Notes: generated by a model not told the origin, from the letters alone. A stretch of 64,000 nt of DNA from an uncultured virus (IMG/VR IMGVR_UViG_3300020576_002235) (IMGVR_UViG_3300020576_002235), one strand, 5' to 3'; shown: positions 38,975 to 48,860, counted from the first letter of the stretch. Translations and numbers: made by a program.

Positions 38975-39378
38975 AATAGGGACTCCAAGTTAACGGTGGG
39001 AGTATCACGGAAGTCCCATGATCCACCAGTACGGGTTAAGAAATAGTCAAGAGGAAAGCCACGCCATGCGTCTAGTGGGGTGTGGTACACTAGGATAATC
39101 GCTGAAGCCCCTGCCAGTTGCCAGACGCGCATACGAGCTACCTGTGACTCGTTGAATGAGCTATGAGGTAAGCGGTACGCATGGTTAACTTGCTTGCACT
39201 CTATTAGATAAAGCTGTCCTTTATTCAACAGTAAGAAGTCTGCGAGGGCTGGGGCAAACGATCCGGCATGAGCGTCACTTAGACGATGCCAAGCAGTATC
39301 TGTCTTTAGAGATAATTTTGCTAGATGTTTAGCTAATTTAACCTCAGCTATTTTACCTCGATTAGAGTGTGAGATCAT
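38971..39378 (-). CDS. RecU-like Holliday junction resolvase (PD-(D/E)XK)
   Basis: NRGK.AE, ADF, IECK and Q motifs; start revised to MISHS. Confidence 0.75.
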   Translation of the reverse strand: MISHSNRGKIAEVKLAKHLAKLSLKTDTAWHRLSDAHAGSFAPALADFLLLNKGQLYLIECKQVNHAYRLPHSSFNESQVARMRVWQLAGASAIILVYHTPLDAWRGFPLDYFLTRTGGSWDFRDTPTVNLESLL

Positions 39379-40078
39379 TATATTCCTTAGTCTGCCTAAT
39401 GAGTGAAAACTCTTGTAACTGTTCAACAGTAAAGCCAGTCTTCATCCTGTAATACACGTCACTTTCTTTTAATCCCAAGCGTCTTGCTATCTGTGCTCGG
39501 GACAAAAGAAGACCATCAAGCATGAATTTTTTAGTGTCACGTCTGTTATTCATTTGCGTCTCTGCTGTCGCCCACCTGCAGTTGTCAGGTTCATAACCTC
39601 TGTAGTTGTCCACCCTGTCTAAAGTATGCTTCTCACTAGGGGCTTTTCCCATATCTTCTAAAAAGTTTTCAAAAAGACTCCAACGCTCGCAAACGGTAAT
39701 GCCTCTTCCTCCATACTTATGATAGTCTTTTGACGTAACAGAATTGCACCTGTACAGCATGTTGTTCCATATGTGGAATTCTCTGGTATGGGTCAATCCG
39801 TGGGTTGTCTGACTCTTCACTAGAGCTTTGCCTACTTGACAACCGCAGGCTTTGACTTCTTTGCTAAAGACTCTGGACAACCTCATTGTTTTTGTGTTTC
39901 CACAGTCACAAAGGAATACTCCCATTCTATGCACCCTTCCAGACGGTAGTGTCTCATCTTGGGAGAATTCTTTTAAGGTTAGCGAGTTAACTTTAACCCC
40001 TATTTTGTAAGATTTTCTAGTGTATACCCTACCAGTTGAGGGGCTAGGGATACTAGTCTTAACTAACTCCGTAGTCAT
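39362..40078 (-). CDS. Free-standing HNH endonuclease (family distinct from paralogs A-C)
   Basis: CDCG, W..M..RC, YGGRGITVCERW, TLDRVDN..GYEP.NCRWAT...Q.NN. Confidence 0.88.
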   Translation of the reverse strand: MTTELVKTSIPSPSTGRVYTRKSYKIGVKVNSLTLKEFSQDETLPSGRVHRMGVFLCDCGNTKTMRLSRVFSKEVKACGCQVGKALVKSQTTHGLTHTREFHIWNNMLYRCNSVTSKDYHKYGGRGITVCERWSLFENFLEDMGKAPSEKHTLDRVDNYRGYEPDNCRWATAETQMNNRRDTKKFMLDGLLLSRAQIARRLGLKESDVYYRMKTGFTVEQLQEFSLIRQTKEYNDLTL

Positions 40079-40083
40079 ATAAA

Positions 40084-40237
40084 TCTCCTTTTAGGTCGAA
40101 GCTCCCAAGGGTGAAAATTGCCCGAGGTCTCCGACCGCTGACGCGATGAAAAAGGCTCCGAGGGAGCTTCGACCTAAAAGGAGAAGTACCAAGGAGACCT
40201 GCTAATTGGCTTTTCACGGCCAGCCAATAGTATAGCA
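40084..40237 (-). promoter_or_regulatory. Structured leader of the HNH gene with SD-sequestering 23-bp stem, internal terminator and alternative pairings
   Basis: Perfect inverted repeat 40084-40106/40162-40184; TGCTATACT at 40229-40237. Confidence 0.7.
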
Positions 40238-40240
40238 CGC

Positions 40241-40828
40241 TCAGCTTGGAGCGTCGAATGAAAAAAGGTTCGGTGCGATTGTTGAGAGTAGTCGTTGCAT
40301 TTCTATGGCTACCGCCCTGATTTCCCACTGAGCATGTTTAGTGGTTCTATTGGCTAGCAAATCTTTCCAGCCTTGAAAATTCAGACATAGGTTGATTGCC
40401 GTTGAACAGCCTTGCGGTAGTATGTATCTGGCATCTTCTTTCTTCATGCCCTTGAGTAAAACATCTTGATACAGCGTTGACGCCTCGCTCTGTAACTTCC
40501 ACCACCTAGACTTTAGCTCGTAAGGCAAATCTGCAACTGCCGGAGGGTCTATGTACGTTATGTTCGATTGCTTAACATAACGCTGGCTCTCTTGCAGAAT
40601 ACCCGCTATGGCAATCCTGACCATCTGATGACTGCACACACGGCTAATCTCCGTGATAGTCATCGTAGCATAGGCGAACCGCATAGTTGCCAAATGGCCG
40701 CTGTCTCTACAGTGGATTGCTCTTTTGATGCAAGACGCTTCATCCGTCTTGCTGTCGTAACAAATAGCGGCAGCATGACCAATCCTGTACTCTGGAACAG
40801 ATGTATGGTCGATGAGCGTAACCTTCAT
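40241..40828 (-). CDS. thyX: FAD-dependent thymidylate synthase
   Basis: AA.CY, GH....F, ISRVCSHQ.VR, QESQRYV, EDARYILP and AQWEIR motifs. Confidence 0.9.
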   Translation of the reverse strand: MKVTLIDHTSVPEYRIGHAAAICYDSKTDEASCIKRAIHCRDSGHLATMRFAYATMTITEISRVCSHQMVRIAIAGILQESQRYVKQSNITYIDPPAVADLPYELKSRWWKLQSEASTLYQDVLLKGMKKEDARYILPQGCSTAINLCLNFQGWKDLLANRTTKHAQWEIRAVAIEMQRLLSTIAPNLFSFDAPS

Positions 40829-41061
40829 TTAAACACCTTTGAAAGATCGAACTTCAATAGCTCAAAAGCCTGCTCATAGCTGAAGCCTGCGTTGATAAAA
40901 GCATCATGACGAGCCTTGTAACTCTTAGCTGCGAAAGAGAACAGTCTCTTGAGTTCTTCAAGATCGTGCTCTTGTTTCTCCAGCCAGTTGTCCACAGAGA
41001 ACTGCGGTTCTGGTGGCTTTAGCGCGGCGTTAACGATGTCCATTACGTTGGGTTGTTGCAT
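40825..41061 (-). CDS. Hypothetical protein
   Basis: AGFS.EQAFEL pattern; start revised to MQQP. Confidence 0.6.
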   Translation of the reverse strand: MQQPNVMDIVNAALKPPEPQFSVDNWLEKQEHDLEELKRLFSFAAKSYKARHDAFINAGFSYEQAFELLKFDLSKVFK

Positions 41062-41071
41062 ATAAGGCTTT

Positions 41072-44000
41072 CTAGTGTGTTTCACAAGGTAATCCAAGAG
41101 CTTTGTAAATATTCTTTTCGGAGAAGTTATTGTCAAGCTCCACCTGTTGCCCAAAGTTCCAACCTATGCTTACGCTGGAACGAATGGGCAACCGCATGTT
41201 AGCATAATTTGCTACCATCAGCGAGTGCGCCTCTGGAATAAAGTTTACTAAATCCTCAAGCATGGCAGACCAAACCACCTCATCGTGAATTGGGGCTATG
41301 TAAGAGCAATCGTACTTATCCAGTAGCACTAACATCCGACCCTCAGCCAGCTTAGTCATTTCAGCCGCAGAACCCTGAATGCGATAAGATAGAGCCTGTC
41401 TTGGGGCCTTACTAGCCACAAATTTATCAGGGCTGTTAATCAATTCACGCAGATGCCGTTTAGCGCCTAACAGAGTGGTAACGATGCCTGTGCGTTGGGC
41501 CGCATCCATTTCTTCCTGACTCCACTCTTCTGCCCGAGGAAAGGCCGCAGCTTTAGCGTCTATCATGGCTTGAGCTTCACTCTCTGTGACAAATAGCATT
41601 GAGCTTAGCTTCTTCGCCTGAATCCGGTACTGCCCACCAAAGTTAACGGCCTTCGCCAGCGCTCTGGATTTCTTGGCGGATTTCTCTGCTGACTTGTATA
41701 GGTCTAGAAATTCTTCATAGCTCAACTCAGTGCTGTGTATTCTATTGTAAATTCCAACACCTGTAGCAGAGTGCATATCGGTCAAAGTCTCGCCAACAAA
41801 GCAAGACTCCATACGCTCGTCATGACTCCACTCAGCCATCAGCAAAAGCTCTTGTGAGCTAAAATCCAGCGAAACGATAACGGCACCAGGCCTGTGCGGA
41901 ATGTACAACTCACGCACCCTTGGAGAAAAGCCCTCGACTTTCTCGTTCTTACTCAACTGCTGTAGGTTAGGTCTAGCTGATGAGGCCCTTCGGGTATTAG
42001 TGCTACACTGTCGGTGAGAGCTATGCACTTTGCCGGTCTTCCAGTGTATGAAATGCGGCAAGGGGTCATAGTAAAGGCCAAAGCGAGTATTCACCATCTT
42101 CAACTCACGTACAGCCTGTAGCGCGTTGGCTTCAGCAGGTTCTGCAACCAATAATCCATAAGCAATAGCCAGATTATCAGTCTTGGGCGTTCCCTCCCTG
42201 AGTCCTTTCGCTCTCATCAAGTCTGTCGGTGGATTAAAAACCTGCACAGGCAGTCCCATTGTCTCATAGAACAACTTCTGCATCTGCTTAGGGGAGCCTA
42301 CATTAAGCGTAGGTTTACAGACGAAGTGTTGACGAACCATAGAATTCAGAGGGGCTAAATCACCGCCCAATGCGCGCTCTAAGGCTTTCACCAAATCTCC
42401 ATCGTCCATCATAGCCAACAGCTTGGCAGGTGTACGAACTGCTGTTTCCAAGGACTTGCCTGTCACAATCTGGTGAATCAGCTTAATGTCCGACGCAGAA
42501 GGGGTAACGTCCCACTGAGGGCATACTGTGCCATCCCACTGCTTCTCTATGAGATAGTTATTAAGCGCGGTTTCTGCTGCAGTTCGCACTACAGAGTCTT
42601 CGTGCTTCAGTTCACGCAGCTTAACCATGTCTACATAGCAACCTGCGACGAATGCAGCGACGTGCAAATACGCTGCGGCAAGTTCTACTTGCTCGTAAAC
42701 AGACCAAGTGTGCTCCAACATCATAAAGGTCACAAAGAAGCCATGCAATGCTGCTGTACACACTGTGTCGTCACAGGCGTAAGCTAGTACATGTCCACCG
42801 CTCAACCGATTCATCTTGTGCTTAACACCGTCAATCGTAGTGGTTGTCGCATAGTCAACCTGCTCGTAGCCCAACCAGCGCTTAGACAGATATTTGAGGC
42901 CAAGTTTGTTGTTCTCATCCACGTAGCTGGCTTCCAACATGGAGTCTAGCCAGTTAGGCAGCATCCCTCTGTAACCGTTATTCTTCCACCCCTCTCCCCA
43001 CAAGTTGTAGAGTATTGCCCCCTCAAACGCTGTATGATGTATAACCGGCCTTACACCAAGAGCAAAAACGGACAACAAGAAGCGACCAAGAGCGTCAGTG
43101 CTGACACAAGCTGTATCAACGTGGTCAACAGGAATGTAAACAGTGTGTTGGTGGTTGTTGCCAAACGTCAAGCTCATACCGCTAAGTGTGCTACCAATCA
43201 CGTCCACCCCCTCTGGATCGCCCTGAATAGCGAGCCATTCGTCGGACTCATCTGCGCTAGATGTCTCTATGTCAAGCGCAAACCAGCCACAAGAGACTTC
43301 CATCTGTCGCAAAGCCCAGGGCACAAACTCACCCCACTTGACTGCTGTAATAAGCTTTCTAGTGGCGGCCCACTTCTTTAGCCGCTCATCCTTAGTATCC
43401 ACCACCATCCCCGGTTCAAACACAAGGGGATTAGCCATAGTGTCCACCCATTCGGGGTAGATGCGGGCTAGCTTGTAAGACCTAATGAAGTCTGCACCAC
43501 CTTCGTAAATCTTCGCAACAAACTTATCCTTCGCGGCATCCTCTTTCAAGGACTCAACTGACCCATCCAGCGCACACTGCACTAGAACATCCATACCTTC
43601 AACACCGAAACGACTCACCAACTGTTCCCAAGCTTTAGGGCCAAAACCTCTGATACCGGAAATATTGTCAGATGAATCTCCAACCATCGCCTTGTACAGT
43701 GTGGTGAAACGGAACGGCCAATCGCCGTACTTGTTGCGCCCCATGACCCCATTCAAGCGCACCGTGACCAGATCGCTATTCAAAACGGTCAGGTCTCCGT
43801 CATTGGTCATGATGACCATTTCCTTCTCGGTGTGCTTCGCCAGCCACCCCAAAACGTCATCCCCTTCCGCATTATTTTGCCTCACAACCAGTGCCCCAAC
43901 CCCGCGCAGCGCGGCCAGGACGCGCCGTTTCGCCTCGTTGAAGTGCTCGTACTCAAGCGAGGATTTTTTGCCTCTGGTGGCCTTGTAGCTGGGGTCGATG

Positions 44001-44224
44001 TTGAGTCGGGGCGACTTGGAATTGAACCCCTCCTCGACCAATATCAAGTCGGACGGCACTGCCTGCAGGTCGCGCAGCGCGACGATGATCGAATTTATGG
44101 CATTCTCGTAGCCATACGCTGCCGAATTACAATGCACCCCGTTCTCATCCACTGTACCCTCGACATCTTTACCTACTTTAAGCGCTGTCCAAAGAATACT
44201 TGAAACGTCAACTGCTATGTACAT
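41072..44224 (-). CDS. polA: DNA polymerase family A with fused 5'-3' and 3'-5' exonuclease domains
   Basis: YKATR, EGDDV and GDSSDNI.GI.G.GPK (5'-3' exo); DIET and YACDD (3'-5' exo); motif A DFSSQEL, motif B KAVNFGGQY, motif C HDE. Confidence 0.95.
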   Translation of the reverse strand: MYIAVDVSSILWTALKVGKDVEGTVDENGVHCNSAAYGYENAINSIIVALRDLQAVPSDLILVEEGFNSKSPRLNIDPSYKATRGKKSSLEYEHFNEAKRRVLAALRGVGALVVRQNNAEGDDVLGWLAKHTEKEMVIMTNDGDLTVLNSDLVTVRLNGVMGRNKYGDWPFRFTTLYKAMVGDSSDNISGIRGFGPKAWEQLVSRFGVEGMDVLVQCALDGSVESLKEDAAKDKFVAKIYEGGADFIRSYKLARIYPEWVDTMANPLVFEPGMVVDTKDERLKKWAATRKLITAVKWGEFVPWALRQMEVSCGWFALDIETSSADESDEWLAIQGDPEGVDVIGSTLSGMSLTFGNNHQHTVYIPVDHVDTACVSTDALGRFLLSVFALGVRPVIHHTAFEGAILYNLWGEGWKNNGYRGMLPNWLDSMLEASYVDENNKLGLKYLSKRWLGYEQVDYATTTTIDGVKHKMNRLSGGHVLAYACDDTVCTAALHGFFVTFMMLEHTWSVYEQVELAAAYLHVAAFVAGCYVDMVKLRELKHEDSVVRTAAETALNNYLIEKQWDGTVCPQWDVTPSASDIKLIHQIVTGKSLETAVRTPAKLLAMMDDGDLVKALERALGGDLAPLNSMVRQHFVCKPTLNVGSPKQMQKLFYETMGLPVQVFNPPTDLMRAKGLREGTPKTDNLAIAYGLLVAEPAEANALQAVRELKMVNTRFGLYYDPLPHFIHWKTGKVHSSHRQCSTNTRRASSARPNLQQLSKNEKVEGFSPRVRELYIPHRPGAVIVSLDFSSQELLLMAEWSHDERMESCFVGETLTDMHSATGVGIYNRIHSTELSYEEFLDLYKSAEKSAKKSRALAKAVNFGGQYRIQAKKLSSMLFVTESEAQAMIDAKAAAFPRAEEWSQEEMDAAQRTGIVTTLLGAKRHLRELINSPDKFVASKAPRQALSYRIQGSAAEMTKLAEGRMLVLLDKYDCSYIAPIHDEVVWSAMLEDLVNFIPEAHSLMVANYANMRLPIRSSVSIGWNFGQQVELDNNFSEKNIYKALGLPCETH

Positions 44225-44634
44225 ATTTGATCCTTGTTTGCTTCTTTCCACTCTTGAAGAAGATTCAATAATTTCTTACCATCTGCGGTAAGCCAGCCGG
44301 GCATACCACTACCATGCTCTGTAAGCCCTTCTTTATCACACCAGTAAAAGAAGAAATATTCAGCACCAACTGTTCCGAAAAAAGATGTCAACGCCTCTCT
44401 GTGGGCCTTTCGCCAAATCTCCCACGCAACAGGGTCTTCTGGTGATACCGCTGTTATTAACTCAAGCCCTTGCATAATATACAGCAGGCTTGTTTCTGGA
44501 TTCCCACACCCGCAAAAACCCAGCACACCCATCTGCAACACATCAGTACAATACTCAGAAAACTCTTGAGATTCGTCAGGGCACTCATCGGTCTTCCTGT
44601 ACTCTAACAATGTCTCTTCTATTAACTTAATCAT
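44215..44634 (-). CDS. Hypothetical phage protein
   Basis: LGFCGCGNPE and EHG....GWLT..G motifs. Confidence 0.65.
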   Translation of the reverse strand: MIKLIEETLLEYRKTDECPDESQEFSEYCTDVLQMGVLGFCGCGNPETSLLYIMQGLELITAVSPEDPVAWEIWRKAHREALTSFFGTVGAEYFFFYWCDKEGLTEHGSGMPGWLTADGKKLLNLLQEWKEANKDQICT

Positions 44635-44646
44635 ATTTTTCCAATT

Positions 44647-44668
44647 AAAAAGGCCTCGAAGGGCCTTT
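44647..44668 (-). terminator. Intrinsic terminator
   Basis: Plus-strand AAAAAGGCCT-CGAA-GGGCCTTT; on the minus strand a stem followed by a T-run. Confidence 0.8.
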
Positions 44669-44673
44669 GTTGT

Positions 44674-45123
44674 TTATCGGGCTGGTATGCTCTTCCGCAA
44701 CTCTAGTTCGAGCAATGCGAGAGCGTTCCATGCAGCGTGTGCCAAGTGAAGCAACTTGGTATCGGGGTCAACTTTCTCCCCTTTACAGTGCTTTATGATG
44801 TGCCGCAACATCGCATCTGTATAGCGTTCTTGGCCGTTCTCTACAGATAGCCACCCGTGAGGGGTGTATTTGGCGGCGCCTCCTGTGCCGATCCAGCCTA
44901 CCTGTTCAAGAGCATTAGCGAAGTCGCCAAGAACAAGCCCAAGGCGATTCTTGCCGGAGTCAAGCTTGGCACCTACTACGTGAGGGGCAAGGCCGTTGGG
45001 GTCGGTTTCAATCCTCAAAGACGGACAAGAGACAGGTTCTTCCACCTTCGTACCCTTAATCACAGAGTAGCCGTTGTACGTTTCTGCCTGTCCAGGCTTC
45101 AATACAGGGTCGTTCAAACGCAT
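44674..45123 (-). CDS. dATP/dGTP diphosphohydrolase-like protein (DUF5664-type)
   Basis: GAK.D.GK.R..L, GA.KY....W, Y.DA..RH, D.DT.L.HLAHAAWNAL. Confidence 0.8.
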   Translation of the reverse strand: MRLNDPVLKPGQAETYNGYSVIKGTKVEEPVSCPSLRIETDPNGLAPHVVGAKLDSGKNRLGLVLGDFANALEQVGWIGTGGAAKYTPHGWLSVENGQERYTDAMLRHIIKHCKGEKVDPDTKLLHLAHAAWNALALLELELRKSIPAR

Positions 45124-45551
45124 TCTCCCAAGTAAGGGGGTTCGTAGTCTGGCCCTTTAGCAATTTTGCCGTTCTCTTTGAAGATCGGATTGCCGTTACG
45201 GTCGAACTTGCTCCAGTTGGATGCGATAACCTTAGACAATCCAAGCTCCATGTTCATGCCAGCATAGACAGCAACGCCAGTGGCGGTGACAATCTGATCA
45301 CACAAGGCATCGAGACAAGCGATACGGTCAACAATGCGAACTGTCGAAGTGTGCTCTTTCAACGCATCAGCCAACGCTGACAGATGGTTACTGCAGGTTG
45401 AAATAGCCATCTGCGTTGATGTGTTGTCACCACGCAGAGTGTCAAGCATTTCTACAATTTCCTCCAAATGTACGCCAATCTGCACGTTAAGGTTCTGTGC
45501 GCTAGGGTTGGGGCTAGCCTTGTTAAACCAGTTCTCAATATGGTTGATCAT
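45114..45551 (-). CDS. MazG-like (PRA-PH type) nucleotide pyrophosphohydrolase
   Basis: EE..E, LDALCD..V, SNWSK, GKI.KGP.Y.PP. Confidence 0.85.
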   Translation of the reverse strand: MINHIENWFNKASPNPSAQNLNVQIGVHLEEIVEMLDTLRGDNTSTQMAISTCSNHLSALADALKEHTSTVRIVDRIACLDALCDQIVTATGVAVYAGMNMELGLSKVIASNWSKFDRNGNPIFKENGKIAKGPDYEPPYLGECV

Positions 45552-45741
45552 TTCTTCACCTTCTTGGAGTTTTCCTCCTTCTGCAGGAGGGCTTCCCGTT
45601 CATACATAATTTCTTGTTGATGACCTTCAACAATGCCTGCAACTTCTCGTAACAAATTAGCCTCACGCTGTTTCAGCATCAGCAACTTGCATTCAAGCGC
45701 CTTCAGCGAGACTGCCAAAAATTCCAATTTTTCTTTCCGTT

Positions 45742-46383
45742 TCATAGTGACTCCAATTTTTCCAAAGTGTATTTAAGATCGCATTCGATGTCTTGTTGCA
45801 ACATCCACTTGCGATAATCTGCTGGAACATCCAGCATTGCAAGGCCCTTGTGTTTCCCAAAGGGCATTCTACTCAGCATCTTAGGCTGTAGGTGCCGCTG
45901 AAATTGTGTCTCAACAGCTATACCTGTCAACGCTACAATGTATTTCAGTAAAGCCAGTGTTGTGTAAACATCACCAAGCGCAGTATGGTCTGTCTGCACT
46001 GGCAACTTCAATTCAGTCCGCAGGGTGGACAACTTGTGGTTGCTTGTCCCCTTGATATGCGCCCTGGACAGAGCTAGCGTGCAGAGTGACCGACCTACTG
46101 CAATGCTGGGTTTGATCATTCTGGCATCAAACGGGGCATTGTGTGCAATAAGGTCTATCTGTTCAGGTAGATTTAGAGCAAGTTCAGCAAGAGTAGGGGC
46201 ATCTGCTACATCCTTTTGGGATATATTGTGAATAGCGAATGCTGCTGCCTCTATCTTACGCTGCGGGTTGCAGCGTGAGACGAACTCCTCAACTACGTTA
46301 AGCTGAGAGTCCACCCTCAAGAAGGCCAGTTCAACTACGCCCGACGAAAGCGAGGCCGTTTCCGTATCGAGCACGTAGTACAT
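45742..46383 (-). CDS. DnaQ/ExoX-like 3'-5' exonuclease
   Basis: LDTET, AHNAPFD, HTALGD; C-terminal MPFGKHKG. Confidence 0.9.
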   Translation of the reverse strand: MYYVLDTETASLSSGVVELAFLRVDSQLNVVEEFVSRCNPQRKIEAAAFAIHNISQKDVADAPTLAELALNLPEQIDLIAHNAPFDARMIKPSIAVGRSLCTLALSRAHIKGTSNHKLSTLRTELKLPVQTDHTALGDVYTTLALLKYIVALTGIAVETQFQRHLQPKMLSRMPFGKHKGLAMLDVPADYRKWMLQQDIECDLKYTLEKLESL

Positions 46384-46384
46384 T

Positions 46385-47059
46385 TTAGATAGCCGCCGCG
46401 AAAGTAGCCAACGTGTAAGTGTTGGTGCCAGCGGTGGCAATCTCGGCTTGTACGACAATATGCCTCAAGCCTTCCTTCGTTGCAAGACCCTTTTGAAACT
46501 TGTAGGTGGCATTTGCATGGTAACGCAACCACTGTGCCCGGCTGGCCGGGGAGAGGTCGATCTGAACGAGAGTGCCGATAAGATCAGGGTTCTTCGCACA
46601 TTTCTCAACAGCACCGACAATGATCACCCGAGCCTTGAGGCTAGCTTTAGCGTATCCATTTGTCTGCAACCAGTGCAGATGCTCACGCACCGAAGTTACA
46701 CCGTCAGTGCAGATCGAACCGTCGTTACTGAAACGAACGACCGACACAGGTGCTTTCTCGTCATTTGGCGCCACTACCCAACTATCTTGGTAAGACAAGA
46801 GTTCCAGTTGAATAGAATCTCCCACAGACTTCTTCCCCTCTCTGGTAAGCAGGTTCCCATTCGAGAGTATGAGAGCGTCGAGGGTGTTGTAGTCTACAGT
46901 AAGAGACTTTTTCAGTTCAATCAGAGGGTCGTCTGTAGACGATTTGACTGCGAGGGAAGTGGGTGCCTGAACGGCGATGGGCGCTGAAGTGGCTTGGGGA
47001 GCGTCTTCTTCAAACGCAGGGGTAGAAGAAGGATTTTGTTGTGTAGCCAGTAAAGACAT
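46385..47059 (-). CDS. Putative ssDNA-binding/recombination protein
   Basis: Position in the replication module and beta-rich sequence; function inferred only. Confidence 0.4.
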   Translation of the reverse strand: MSLLATQQNPSSTPAFEEDAPQATSAPIAVQAPTSLAVKSSTDDPLIELKKSLTVDYNTLDALILSNGNLLTREGKKSVGDSIQLELLSYQDSWVVAPNDEKAPVSVVRFSNDGSICTDGVTSVREHLHWLQTNGYAKASLKARVIIVGAVEKCAKNPDLIGTLVQIDLSPASRAQWLRYHANATYKFQKGLATKEGLRHIVVQAEIATAGTNTYTLATFAAAI

Positions 47060-47139
47060 ATAAACTTTCTAAGTTAAATTGATTTGCCGGTTTGTAAAGC
47101 TGTATCCGGCCAGCTTGGGTGCTATTGTAGCACACGGAA

Positions 47140-47838
47140 TCAAGAAATCGCGGAATTCAACGAAATAGTTTCACGATTGTTTGCAAGATCGTCTCTGAGA
47201 CGATCAGCGCGGAGGGTCAGGGCGGCTTTGACTCTGGAATCAGAAGTTCTTCCAGCTACAGACATTAGAACAAGCAATCGAGCCGCTTGCCAAGCTGCAT
47301 GAGCAAGTTGTGGCGTAGCATGATTACCCAGATACCTTGAAACACCTTTGCCTCGGTGACAGAGTGCCGTGTATTTTCCGTGCTTAGTCACCGTAACGCC
47401 TAAAGGTAAGATTCCACGAGCAGCAGCATGTTCATTGAGCAGTGAATTAAGCTCTCTAGGTACAAAAACACAGTAGTCAGGCGAATATACACGGTTTCCT
47501 GGAACTAAAATATCCTTATCCAACTCCATTCCAACGTAATCTTGCTGGAGCATCCAGCGCTCAAAAGCAGAAAAAGATAACCACTCAGAGCACACAATAC
47601 AACCATTGTATGTGGGCTTACGAGCCAAGTATTTGGCTGAATAGCATCTAACTAGCATACTCATCCACGTAGAATACGTTTTTATATGACGATCACCGAC
47701 CTTAACTGAGTGTGCTGCATCATTGACACCCACACCAAGCACTAAAGTATGTCTAACGTAAGGCCCTCGTGGCCCGCGAACTTGCTTAGGCTTAGAGGGT
47801 AGCGCTAGATCAGAGTGTGCTAAAATTACATCAGCCAT
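47140..47838 (-). CDS. HNH-type endonuclease with AP2-like C-terminus (paralog C)
   Basis: Same motif series as 4165-4830. Confidence 0.85.
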   Translation of the reverse strand: MADVILAHSDLALPSKPKQVRGPRGPYVRHTLVLGVGVNDAAHSVKVGDRHIKTYSTWMSMLVRCYSAKYLARKPTYNGCIVCSEWLSFSAFERWMLQQDYVGMELDKDILVPGNRVYSPDYCVFVPRELNSLLNEHAAARGILPLGVTVTKHGKYTALCHRGKGVSRYLGNHATPQLAHAAWQAARLLVLMSVAGRTSDSRVKAALTLRADRLRDDLANNRETISLNSAIS

Positions 47839-47936
47839 GTTTGACAGTCCTTTTGTTGAGTATGGTCAGTCACCAAGCCGGAGTCGAGACCGACTTGGTG
47901 ACGCCCGCAAGGGTTGCGGACACCCACATTCTAGCA
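47816..47936. promoter_or_regulatory. HNH leader cassette C
   Basis: TGCTAGAAT (-) 47928-47936; CCGCAA/TTGCGG 47905-47919; 13-bp stem 47869-47902; antisense TGTGCTAAAAT (+) 47816-47826. Confidence 0.7.
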
Positions 47937-47937
47937 C

Positions 47938-48408
47938 TCACTCCTGCTTCTTAATCACCACCCCAACGCCCTTGTGTTGGCCTCGGATGCTGACGACTGC
48001 CAGGAAGCCGCCACCTTGCCAAGCAAGTGTGTACTTGCCGCAACTCTCATTGGACATGCACTCCCAAAAATTTTCGGGGTCGTCCAGCTTCATTTCTACC
48101 AGCAGCGGCGGGCCGAAGCGGGCCGTGAAGCCCTCAGCCGCCTTTCCGGCTAGCTGAAGTGCCTTGTCTCCTTTCGGATCGGCTCCTTCGATTCTGGCAG
48201 CACCATGCACGCTTTGCAGCCGGTTCTCTTCGTACTCCAAAAGGAAAATTGCATTGTGCCAAGGGCGCGGTGAGACCTGGGTGTGTACCGAATGAGTGTG
48301 CGCCTTGACAGGTGGGTTGGCCTTGTCGTTCAAATTCCAGCCGAAAGCGAGCGGCTGGGCGGCGGCTGATAAGGCGCATAGCGACAGTATGATTGGTGAT
48401 AGTTTCAT
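47938..48408 (-). CDS. Putative exported protein
   Basis: MKLSPIILSLCALSAAA signal-peptide-like N-terminus; GGAG RBS. Confidence 0.6.
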   Translation of the reverse strand: MKLSPIILSLCALSAAAQPLAFGWNLNDKANPPVKAHTHSVHTQVSPRPWHNAIFLLEYEENRLQSVHGAARIEGADPKGDKALQLAGKAAEGFTARFGPPLLVEMKLDDPENFWECMSNESCGKYTLAWQGGGFLAVVSIRGQHKGVGVVIKKQE

Positions 48409-48860
48409 TTGCTCTCCGCTCTTTTGTCCAACCAATCCGCCACCTCGATACACCCTGCTGCAATCTTGCGCAATTCGTCAGCACTCAAGTATGCCCTTTC
48501 TTCACATAAGGTGAACGACCGTCCCTTCACCTCTCTCCAACCCACAATATCTGCAGGCCCGAAGTTTCCCAGAAACTTCATAGTTTCTTTCGCACTATCG
48601 CTGATGTCTGTATTCCAATCCATAGCTTTCTCCTTCATTTAGCCTCTCCTGTCATATCCTCAAATGTCAATGGCATCGGAACATTAACACGAACAGTTTT
48701 GATGCTCCACAGAGTCTTGCTTGAGCGTTTTTCAGCCATCCATTCAGCATGTCTCTGCCGCTGCTGCACCCGATTACTGTCGGCAATACAGCAATCCGCG
48801 ATTCCTGTCTCGCTGACTGCGACAGAAACAACCACTTCGCACAGTGTTGTGGTTGTCATA

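Noticed and set aside
2399..44224. Inteins or group I introns in terL or polA
   Set aside because: Both ORFs are continuous, their lengths are explained by recognised domains, and the HNH genes lie between genes rather than inside them.
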